Shown: one piece after another, positions 10,330 through 18,624 of the stretch | Layout of the letters: each line of letters opens with the position of its first letter | Position numbering within the stretch: position 1 is the first letter of the stretch | Virus record (IMG/VR): IMGVR_UViG_3300017741_002088 | Span: 1 to 52,467 of that record | Direction: 5' to 3' (one strand) | DNA: 52,467 bases | Origin: a virus | Lineage: Duplodnaviria > Caudoviricetes | Program-made: the position numbers and the translations under genes | Notes under the pieces: model-generated | The model's database searches: none | Told to the model about the DNA's origin: nothing | Seen by the model: the letters and a program-made list of their open reading frames with translations, nothing else

Positions 10330-10967
10330 CGAGCAATCACCATGTACCGATCCCACTCTCCTATTTTCAATGTGCCTTTATAAAGTATTTTCATCTTCGG
10401 CAATGTTTCTATGAAATGATCAACAGATGTGTGACAGTTAATATGACTGTCTACATCTACCATATTATTAGACTGCAAAGCAACAATCATATTTTCATTT
10501 TTCATCGACAAGACGCTAAAAAGATCTTCGTGGTCTATGTGTTCACATGCTGTACAAATTACGATTTTTTTCTCGTGGTTTCTTTTCTTATCTTCAAATA
10601 ATTCTAATCCATCCATAGCATCTTCATATTTTATGTTACTATGAACTCTGAGTTTTTTAGCAATCTTAATACAGACATCATCCAACTCGAAATTTATTAT
10701 CTCTTTGTCCCACCCATCCTCTACTAAAATGTGTGACATCAACCCATACCAAGACCCAATAATTAAAATCGAATTGTGATTATCTTCATAAAAAGGTTTG
10801 AGTTCTCTAGACAACCATTCTTTACAAGCGATCTGGCCAGTTGAGAAAGAATCAGTAATGTCTTTGATACGGAATAAATCGTAGTCAGGATCATATGCAG
10901 ATTTTTCAAATATGAATCTGAATATGTTCATGATCTTATCAAAGTATAATGGTGTCATGTATTTCAT
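10326..10967 (-). CDS. Class I SAM-dependent methyltransferase-like protein (start uncertain)
   Basis: LIIGSWYG motif I, FELD, TACEH, LQSNN, HINC. Confidence 0.65.
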   Translation of the reverse strand: MKYMTPLYFDKIMNIFRFIFEKSAYDPDYDLFRIKDITDSFSTGQIACKEWLSRELKPFYEDNHNSILIIGSWYGLMSHILVEDGWDKEIINFELDDVCIKIAKKLRVHSNIKYEDAMDGLELFEDKKRNHEKKIVICTACEHIDHEDLFSVLSMKNENMIVALQSNNMVDVDSHINCHTSVDHFIETLPKMKILYKGTLKIGEWDRYMVIAR

Positions 10968-11490
10968 TCTCAAAAGTCCCATGTTCAAGTTTTTGATCCC
11001 AGATATAACGATCCATCCCCTTATATTTTCGAGTGTTGTAGTCTATATTTTTTGCAAAAATGTCCCAATAATTTGTATTCTTTCCGACAGTCCATGTCAT
11101 AATTGAACTGTTTAACATCGTTTCATAGGCATGAGTTTCCCAATACTTATCTTCTTTCCAATAGTCACAAACGAAATGCGGAACATCCCAGTTTATGTTT
11201 TCTAGTGAAGGGAAAGGAGAACTAATAATATCGATATCGAGATCAAACATGACGCACCGAGAACCATGTATAAAACTATCTCCAAATCCTGGTCTGAAAG
11301 CATGTAATTTATTCCACCACTTAGCGAGTTTCGGTTTATTAGGAATTGGAATACAGTCTATTATAACGTTTTCTGGATCTTCAGTAAAGCAATAAATTGG
11401 ATAATCTGTGTATTTTCTCAAACTTACTGCTTGTTGGTTTACGTCTTGTGCTGTATATTTCTTCCCGTGCTTCAATAATATAATGTTCAT
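10939..11490 (-). CDS. Glycosyltransferase-like protein
   Basis: K.GKKY, F/YCFTED, WWNKL, FDLD (DxD), NSSIM.W, G.DRYI motifs of phage GT-like proteins. Confidence 0.65.
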   Translation of the reverse strand: MNIILLKHGKKYTAQDVNQQAVSLRKYTDYPIYCFTEDPENVIIDCIPIPNKPKLAKWWNKLHAFRPGFGDSFIHGSRCVMFDLDIDIISSPFPSLENINWDVPHFVCDYWKEDKYWETHAYETMLNSSIMTWTVGKNTNYWDIFAKNIDYNTRKYKGMDRYIWDQKLEHGTFENEIHDTIIL

Positions 11491-11505
11491 GAGACTATCT
11501 ATTCT

Positions 11506-11513
11506 TATAAATA
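11506..11513 (+). promoter_or_regulatory. T4-type late promoter TATAAATA
   Basis: Exact gp55 consensus upstream of the tail-fibre gene run. Confidence 0.75.
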
Positions 11514-11559
11514 ACAGTAATCTATATAATGTCCGAGTTACTTAGCATCGAGATGGAAA

Positions 11560-11904
11560 ATGGCAGAATACGAAAAATTCACCTTTGACAAAGGTTCAGA
11601 CATTGCTGTGCAATTAGAACTTGTAGATACGTCAGGGAATCCAAAAAATCTTACAAATTATAGTGCTGCAGCAAAAATGAAACGGAACTACAATTCCGAT
11701 TCAGCGGACACGACTATCTTTGCTGCTGCCATTGAACCGTTGACTGGTACTGTAACTTTCTCATTGACAAATGTTCAAACAGACGCACTTCGTGTTGGAA
11801 ATTATGTATATGATGCAGAGATAACCTATACTGACTCAAATGGAGCAGATATAGTGGAACGCATCCTTGAAGGAAAGATACGAGTGTCACCATCGGTAAC
11901 TTAA
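11560..11904 (+). CDS. Conserved T4-like virion/baseplate-associated protein
   Basis: D.G.D..NLTNY...A.M, L..G.YVYD.EI, RILEG...VSP.VT pattern. Confidence 0.7.
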   Translation: MAEYEKFTFDKGSDIAVQLELVDTSGNPKNLTNYSAAAKMKRNYNSDSADTTIFAAAIEPLTGTVTFSLTNVQTDALRVGNYVYDAEITYTDSNGADIVERILEGKIRVSPSVT

Positions 11905-11905
11905 A

Positions 11906-12124
11906 ATGACAACACCTCCAATACAGACACATGTTAGAAAAATTACGATTGGCACGCCTGTAAGAAAAGTTACAGGTGCGCAAGCGCAAGCGATCGGTGA
12001 CCTCACGGATGTTGATACATCTGCGCTCAAAGATAAAGGTATTCTTCAATTCAATATAAACACAGGGAAGTTTGAAGTGACTACTACTCCAACGGGATTA
12101 ACCCTCAGCGGAGGAAACTTCTAA
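11906..12124 (+). CDS. Small putative virion protein
   Basis: 72 aa; DLTDVD and C-terminal GGNF. Confidence 0.55.
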   Translation: MTTPPIQTHVRKITIGTPVRKVTGAQAQAIGDLTDVDTSALKDKGILQFNINTGKFEVTTTPTGLTLSGGNF

Positions 12125-13836
12125 TGTCAGATAATATCTTTCTAATTAAACAATCTGCTACAACATCAACAATCACCCCTTCAAATAATATTCTGAGAAG
12201 TGGTGAAGTTGCATACACATATGCTTCTGGTGATTCCTCTGGCGGTGATAGACTCTTTATTGGTGCAGGTGGTAATGATTCTGCAAATGGATTTGCTACT
12301 CAGATTCACACTATCGGTGGTAAATACTACACCGACATGCTTTCTCATCCTAAAGGTAGGATAGAACCAAACAAAATATTAATCGTAGATAGTGATAACA
12401 AATTAGATACGAACAGCGGTAATCTTGATATTGATCTGTTAAGGTTCAATAACAACACACTGGTGTCAACTTCTGGTTCATTGATATTTGGTGGAGCAAA
12501 TAGTGTTGTTTCGTTCAGCAGTAATAGATTATCTGATGTTGCCGCACCTACTGCTGGCACAGATGCTATCAACAAAGCATATTTTGAAGCATACAATATT
12601 CTTGATGTTTCCGCTGATGTCAGTATTCTTGGCGCAGGTAATCTTTTCCCAGGAAACCAAATACAAATTCGTGGCGGTAAAAATACCAACACCACAAAGA
12701 CTGATATCTCTGGAGGGACTCGAGTAGATGTTCATCTAGATTCAAACCTTCTTGACCTTGCAAGTCTTACTGTTGATAATATCAAGATAGACGGAAACAC
12801 AATCAGTTCTACTTCTGGCAATCTTACTATTGACCCAAGTCCTACAGGTGCTGCTGGAACATTAGTCATTGCTGGTAATCTGCAGGTTGATGGAACGACA
12901 ACAACTATCAACTCAACCACACTTGAGGTCGATGATAAAAATATCACCCTTGCAAGTGGTGCACTGAACGCTGTGGCAGCAGACTCTGCAGGTATTCATG
13001 TAGAAGGTGCAAACGCAAATATCTTCTATAAATCCGGAACTGATACTTGGAACTTCAACAAGAAAGTTATCTCTCCAAATATTGATGTTACTGGTTCAAT
13101 ATCTTCAACTTCTTTCTCTGGTCAGTATCTTGGATTTGATTCTGATCTTGGTGCCACAACAACAGATGCTTTACCTGAAGGAACAACAAACCTATACTAT
13201 ACAAAGACAAGAGTCGACTCTGACTTTGATCTTAGAATAAGCACAAAAACTACTGGTGATCTAACCGAAGGAAGCAACCTTTATTACACTGATGGTAGAG
13301 CAAGAGCAGCAGTAAGCGTTACTGATGCTGGTGGTGACGGTTCACTTGCATATAATAATTCAACTGGCGTTTTCACTTATACTGGTCCAAGTGCTGCAGA
13401 AGTTCGTGCGCACCTGAGTGCTACAGGTGACTTATCATATAACTCAGGCACTGGTGTATTCAGTATTGATATTGAGCAAGTTTATTCAAAGGCGAACTTT
13501 GATTCAGACTTGGGTGCTGCTAATACAGATCAACTCCCAGAAGGTTCAACTAATTTTTACTACACTGAATCTAAATTTAACTCAAGTCTTTCTACAAAAA
13601 GTACATCTGATCTCAGTGAAGGGTCGAATCTATACTACACAACGGCACGTGCTGACAGTGATGCAAAAAATTCTATTAGTGCAACAAATGGCGTATCTTA
13701 TGCTGCAGCGACTGGAATCGTTTCTGGAATAACTGCAACAGATACAGCACTCGGTGTTGCAGCATTTGATTCAATTGACTTTTTAGTCACATCAGGAACT
13801 GTAGAGATAGCAACTATCGATTGCGGAACATATTAA
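12124..13836 (+). CDS. Tail fibre-like protein
   Basis: L..GE.AY N-terminus, GNLQVDGTTTTINST..VDDKNITL, four T..L.EG..N.YYT repeats, IDCGTY end. Confidence 0.75.
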   Translation: MSDNIFLIKQSATTSTITPSNNILRSGEVAYTYASGDSSGGDRLFIGAGGNDSANGFATQIHTIGGKYYTDMLSHPKGRIEPNKILIVDSDNKLDTNSGNLDIDLLRFNNNTLVSTSGSLIFGGANSVVSFSSNRLSDVAAPTAGTDAINKAYFEAYNILDVSADVSILGAGNLFPGNQIQIRGGKNTNTTKTDISGGTRVDVHLDSNLLDLASLTVDNIKIDGNTISSTSGNLTIDPSPTGAAGTLVIAGNLQVDGTTTTINSTTLEVDDKNITLASGALNAVAADSAGIHVEGANANIFYKSGTDTWNFNKKVISPNIDVTGSISSTSFSGQYLGFDSDLGATTTDALPEGTTNLYYTKTRVDSDFDLRISTKTTGDLTEGSNLYYTDGRARAAVSVTDAGGDGSLAYNNSTGVFTYTGPSAAEVRAHLSATGDLSYNSGTGVFSIDIEQVYSKANFDSDLGAANTDQLPEGSTNFYYTESKFNSSLSTKSTSDLSEGSNLYYTTARADSDAKNSISATNGVSYAAATGIVSGITATDTALGVAAFDSIDFLVTSGTVEIATIDCGTY

Positions 13837-13855
13837 TCCTTATTAGGAAACGACA

Positions 13856-16800
13856 ATGGCAACAACACCAAAAGTATTACTCAAACGATCCTCGGTAGTA
13901 GGAAGAATTCCAACCGCAAGTGATTTGGAATATGGCGAACTCGCCATTAACTTCGCTGATGGTAAAATTCACTACAAAGATAATACAAACACAATCAAAT
14001 CATTTGTGGACTCTGCAAGAGTACAAGCGATTGCTGACGCTGTCGAGACAGTTGCACTTGCGCAACTTGACTCCAGTGAGATTACATCACTTGTAGATTC
14101 TGCTTATGTAAATGCTCGTTTAGATACATCGTCTTTCTTAGATTCTGCAGAAGCAGTTCAACTTATCGATTCCGCATATGTTCGTAGTAAGATTGATGCA
14201 GCATTTATCAATTCACTCACTATTGACGCTGATACTCTCAATGGTCAAACTAGTGGATATCATTTAGACTATAACAACTTTACGAACACACCGACTGTTC
14301 TTGACAGTGCTCAAGTGATTGCCGAAGTAGCAGCAAATAGTGTAGATTCTGCAAAAGTTCTTTCTCTTATTGACAGCGCATATGTTACTGCACGACAATC
14401 TGATAGTGCTGTAAATGCAACAAATGCACTAACTCTTGGCGGACAAAACTTAAATTTTGTAAGAAACTATAACAACCTAACAAACACGCCTGTAGTATTA
14501 GACACGGTCGACGTTTCAAATATAGTTACAGCAGACGTTGATAAAGCATTTGTTGATGCACTGAATGTTGATGCAGACACGCTAGATGGACAAAACGGCA
14601 CACATTATTTAGATTATACAAATTTCACAAATAAACCTGCTCTTATCGATTCTGGTCTCACCACTCAATTAATTGATTCTGCATATATTCAATTAAGGGA
14701 TACACCGCAAGATTTTGCTTATGCATCATTAACAGGTAAACCAACAATTCCAGCGTTTGGTACTGATTATGTTGATTCCCAGGCAGTTTTAGATATTATC
14801 ACGAGTGAAGGATTAGATTCAGATCTTGTGATTTCGTTGGTCGATAGTGCTTACATTGCACTCAGAGATCGTTTCCAAGATTCATCACTAGTTACATCAA
14901 CTGTCGATGCCACATATGTTGCTGCAAGACAAATACAGTATAACACTTCAGACTTTACTGATAGCGCATTCGTAACTGGTTTGCCTATTAGCACATTCAC
15001 CAATGATACTGGTTATCTTACCGCTGCAACGGCAGGTGGACTTGATTCAGATTTAGTGATTCAAATAATTGATTCTGCATATGTTGCCGCAAGAACAACT
15101 GCTGGAACTGATTCTGCCGCAATTATTCAATTAATTGATTCTGCGTATGTTGCTGCAAGAACATCATCAAACACATCCGTTGATTCTGTCGGTGGATTAT
15201 CTCTTCTCACCAATGTGAAAATTGGTGACCATGCATATGCATATAATGCATTAAGCAATCATGCAGGGGATGTTTACTATGCAACCGCATTAGCAGCATC
15301 TGCTGTTGTAGCAGATGGGCAATTAACTCCAGCATCTGGATCAGCACCAACTGCTCCATATCTACATTTAAGTGGTACAAATAGAGTCACTTATTCTATG
15401 GGCGTAAATATTTCTAATCCTAATGGAGCAGAAGTAACAGGAATTCCTATATCGTTTACTGGTACTGGTGTGAGTGAATCATCACTTAATGCTAAATTCC
15501 CAGTCGGAGGTAGCGTTTCACTTGGTATCTACAGAACAGTTCTTGTTTGTACTCTACCTGATGTAAATGGCACTGACGAAGAACGCAATAACGTAGATGC
15601 TGTTGTTGTATTTGAACCTACATCTACATTCAGTGGAACTACTGGAACATTTAAAATAACAGGATTCATACCTGCCTCTGGTGGCGGTTCAGTTGTCGAT
15701 GTTGCTGGTAATTCTAGAAATCTGATTGGAAACTTCTACGACTACACTCGTTTATTAAGCAGAATGAGTGAACAGCGTATATTCACGACCACTGGTAATA
15801 ATGGTACATATGAAATAGCATCAACTTCCAGTAAACCAGTTCAGTGGTCTAAATTAAGTCGTTTAGATTCTGAGGCAACAACCCAGTTTATCGATAGTGC
15901 ATATATCAATGCTCGAACATCAGCAGGTGCGGATTCTGCAACTGTAATATCAATAATTGATAGTGCATATATCAATGCTCGGACATCAGCAGGTACGGAT
16001 TCTGCAACTGTAATATCATTAATTCAATCTGCTAATGATTCTGATAGCACTAATAGAATAACTGCTAGAGTTCATAGAATTACCTCATTATCTGAACTTA
16101 ATACTCTTGCTACACACACTGGACTAGGCGTTCCAAACGGAACAGCAAAAGTTGGTGATATTGCTTATAAATTAAATCCCTTTGATGGATATGTACTTAC
16201 AAACATCGCTGCACCAGCGGCATATCAAAATAGTGGATTTCATGTACAAACCAATAACGGTACTGTTACAAGGATGTTCTTTGATGTAGTTCCATCAGGT
16301 CAACTTCCTTCTCAGAACTTTTCGATTGGTAGCACAATTGCCGTAAACTCTGGTGGTGGAGATGTGAGAACTGTAACTGCAGTATCTGACACTGGCGGCA
16401 CTTACAGCAAAGGATATCTAGACTTTACACCGAGTGATGCAGGTTATGCTCCTGGATGGGACAATAAAACTGTATGGGTTTCAACTGCAAACCAAACCAC
16501 ATGGCAAACTTTTGGAATTGATTCTGCTTCGGTTACAGGTATCGTTGATTCAGATTATGTGAGACTTCATACTCGCATTGGAGATTCTGATATTGACTTT
16601 GGATCAAATAAGATCCTATATTCAAATGTGTATTCTACAGAAGGTGATCTTCCTTCAGCATCAACTTATCATGGTATGTTTGCTCATGTTCATGGAACTG
16701 GTGCAGCGTATTTTGCTCACGCAGGTGCATGGGTTAAATTAGCAAATTATTCTGACATAAACCCATATAGCGATGCGCATGTGACAACACTTGTTGATAG

Positions 16801-18622
16801 TGCTTACATCGCATTAAGAGATAGATTCCAAGATTCTGCTGGTATTGCTGCTGTTGTTGATAGTGCTTATATTCAAGCAAGGCAAACATCTGGTGGCGGT
16901 GGCGGCACGGTAGACAGTGCAGACATTATTGCGATTGTTGATAGTGCATATGTACAAGCACGGCAAACAGCAAGTGGTGGTGGAGGTATAGACTCTGCTA
17001 CAGTTCTCTCTCTGATTGATTCATCGTATGTACAAAATAGACAAACATCTATCATTACTGGTGATGCGGTAGAGATAACAAAGTTTGTTTATCAGGCAGA
17101 CTCTGCTCAAACAGTATTCACTGGAGCGGATAAAAATAGTGTGCCGCTCGCTTACAATAATATTGCTACAGAAATAAATGTTTATCTAAATGGTATTTTG
17201 CAGGTTGATTCTGATGACTTTGCTCAGACTGATAGTTCAACTGTAACATTAGTACAAGCGGCAAATCTTAATGATATTATTCAGATATTCAGATACACAC
17301 CAACTGGTAACACTTCTATCGATTCTGCATCAACAATTCAACTGATTGACTCTGCATACGTTCAAGCAAGACAAACAGCGGCATCACGCGGAACTTTAGA
17401 TGTAAATAAATTCACCTTTGATACTACAGCAAATCAAACAGTATTCTCAGGAAATGATAAATTTGGCAAATCGTTAATTTTAAAAGCACCTGAGAACACA
17501 GAAGTTTATCTGAACGGTTTGGTACTGATATCTCCAACTGATTATATCGTCGATTCAAATTCTGTTACACTAACTGAAGTGGTTGACTCTGGGTTCATTC
17601 TTTCTGTTACAGAGACAGTTGGTGATGTAAACCTTAAATCAAAGTTTGTAAGAACAGGTTATGAATTCGCTGCTGATTCAGGTCAAACTGTATTTTCTAA
17701 TTCGATGGATTTATCTCAAGGTGCGACTGACGTTTATTTCAACGGCATTTTGTTACAAAATTTAAATGACTATACTATCTCTGCAAATGTTTTAACATTG
17801 ACTTCACCAGCAGATAGTGGAGATCTTGTTGTAATCAATAATAACAAAACTGCAGCAGTTTCTGGTTTAAATCTTGCAACATTCGAGTTTACTAATCAGA
17901 CAACGAATTCGTTATCAAGAAATGGGTTTGCATATACTCCAGGATCAATTCAGGTATTTAAAAACAATCAACTTTTGCAAGGCAAACACTACACTGCGAT
18001 TGATGGAACTACAATTAATCTGAACGTTGCTGCTGTTGATTCTGATGAGTTTACTGTTAATGCATTTTCTTCAACAGGAACGCTCGCCTCTCAGTTTGAT
18101 TTTATAGCGGATAGTGGTGCCACAACAATAACTGGTCTAGACAGAAATAATAACACATTGGTCTATGATGTTGGAAACATAGTTGTGTTTGTAAACGGTA
18201 TCTCTCTTATAGACTCTGCAGATTTTTCTGCGACTAACGGATTTTCAGTTTCGTTTGTCGATGCTCTATCAATAAATGATGAAGTGAAAATTGTAGCATT
18301 TGGAAAAACTGCTTCGGTCACTACGCCACCTGTCAGGTATCTTTCTAGAGATTCTGGTGATACATTGACTGTTGGGGATAAAGCGATATTAGATACAACA
18401 TCAAGTGCTCCAACGATATCACTTCCTGCAACAGCGGCATTGGGTGATGAAGTTAGAGTTATAGACGGAACTGGTAATGCCAATACAAATAACATTACTA
18501 TAGATAGAAATGGTCATAAGATTCAAGGAGTGGCAGATAACTTGATAATTGATGTTGATCGTGCTGCAATTGGATTAGTTTATTATAATTCTACAAATGG
18601 TTGGATCTTGACGGAGAACTAA
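13856..18622 (+). CDS. Long tail fibre / adhesin-like protein with DSAY repeats
   Basis: LKRSSV.GRIP..LEYGELAINFADGK N-terminus; DADTLDG motifs; many IDSAY(V/I) repeats; C-terminal V(Y/F).NG repeat domains. Confidence 0.8.
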   Translation: MATTPKVLLKRSSVVGRIPTASDLEYGELAINFADGKIHYKDNTNTIKSFVDSARVQAIADAVETVALAQLDSSEITSLVDSAYVNARLDTSSFLDSAEAVQLIDSAYVRSKIDAAFINSLTIDADTLNGQTSGYHLDYNNFTNTPTVLDSAQVIAEVAANSVDSAKVLSLIDSAYVTARQSDSAVNATNALTLGGQNLNFVRNYNNLTNTPVVLDTVDVSNIVTADVDKAFVDALNVDADTLDGQNGTHYLDYTNFTNKPALIDSGLTTQLIDSAYIQLRDTPQDFAYASLTGKPTIPAFGTDYVDSQAVLDIITSEGLDSDLVISLVDSAYIALRDRFQDSSLVTSTVDATYVAARQIQYNTSDFTDSAFVTGLPISTFTNDTGYLTAATAGGLDSDLVIQIIDSAYVAARTTAGTDSAAIIQLIDSAYVAARTSSNTSVDSVGGLSLLTNVKIGDHAYAYNALSNHAGDVYYATALAASAVVADGQLTPASGSAPTAPYLHLSGTNRVTYSMGVNISNPNGAEVTGIPISFTGTGVSESSLNAKFPVGGSVSLGIYRTVLVCTLPDVNGTDEERNNVDAVVVFEPTSTFSGTTGTFKITGFIPASGGGSVVDVAGNSRNLIGNFYDYTRLLSRMSEQRIFTTTGNNGTYEIASTSSKPVQWSKLSRLDSEATTQFIDSAYINARTSAGADSATVISIIDSAYINARTSAGTDSATVISLIQSANDSDSTNRITARVHRITSLSELNTLATHTGLGVPNGTAKVGDIAYKLNPFDGYVLTNIAAPAAYQNSGFHVQTNNGTVTRMFFDVVPSGQLPSQNFSIGSTIAVNSGGGDVRTVTAVSDTGGTYSKGYLDFTPSDAGYAPGWDNKTVWVSTANQTTWQTFGIDSASVTGIVDSDYVRLHTRIGDSDIDFGSNKILYSNVYSTEGDLPSASTYHGMFAHVHGTGAAYFAHAGAWVKLANYSDINPYSDAHVTTLVDSAYIALRDRFQDSAGIAAVVDSAYIQARQTSGGGGGTVDSADIIAIVDSAYVQARQTASGGGGIDSATVLSLIDSSYVQNRQTSIITGDAVEITKFVYQADSAQTVFTGADKNSVPLAYNNIATEINVYLNGILQVDSDDFAQTDSSTVTLVQAANLNDIIQIFRYTPTGNTSIDSASTIQLIDSAYVQARQTAASRGTLDVNKFTFDTTANQTVFSGNDKFGKSLILKAPENTEVYLNGLVLISPTDYIVDSNSVTLTEVVDSGFILSVTETVGDVNLKSKFVRTGYEFAADSGQTVFSNSMDLSQGATDVYFNGILLQNLNDYTISANVLTLTSPADSGDLVVINNNKTAAVSGLNLATFEFTNQTTNSLSRNGFAYTPGSIQVFKNNQLLQGKHYTAIDGTTINLNVAAVDSDEFTVNAFSSTGTLASQFDFIADSGATTITGLDRNNNTLVYDVGNIVVFVNGISLIDSADFSATNGFSVSFVDALSINDEVKIVAFGKTASVTTPPVRYLSRDSGDTLTVGDKAILDTTSSAPTISLPATAALGDEVRVIDGTGNANTNNITIDRNGHKIQGVADNLIIDVDRAAIGLVYYNSTNGWILTEN
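15893..16024 (+). repeat. 66-bp tandem duplication within the tail fibre gene (DSAYINARTSAG.DSATVIS.I x2)
   Basis: gatagtgcatatatcaatgctcg... starts at 15893 and 15959, near-identical. Confidence 0.85.
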
Positions 18623-18624
18623 GA

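Noticed and set aside
15060-17050. Repeats considered as a CRISPR array or DGR template/variable repeats
   Set aside because: In-frame coding repeats with synonymous divergence; no spacers, no adenine-specific pattern, no reverse transcriptase or cas gene in the window
4536-18622. Abundant GANTC (CcrM-type) sites in structural genes
   Set aside because: Explained by Asp-Ser codons (GAY TCN); many DS pairs use GAY AGY instead, so the signal is at protein level
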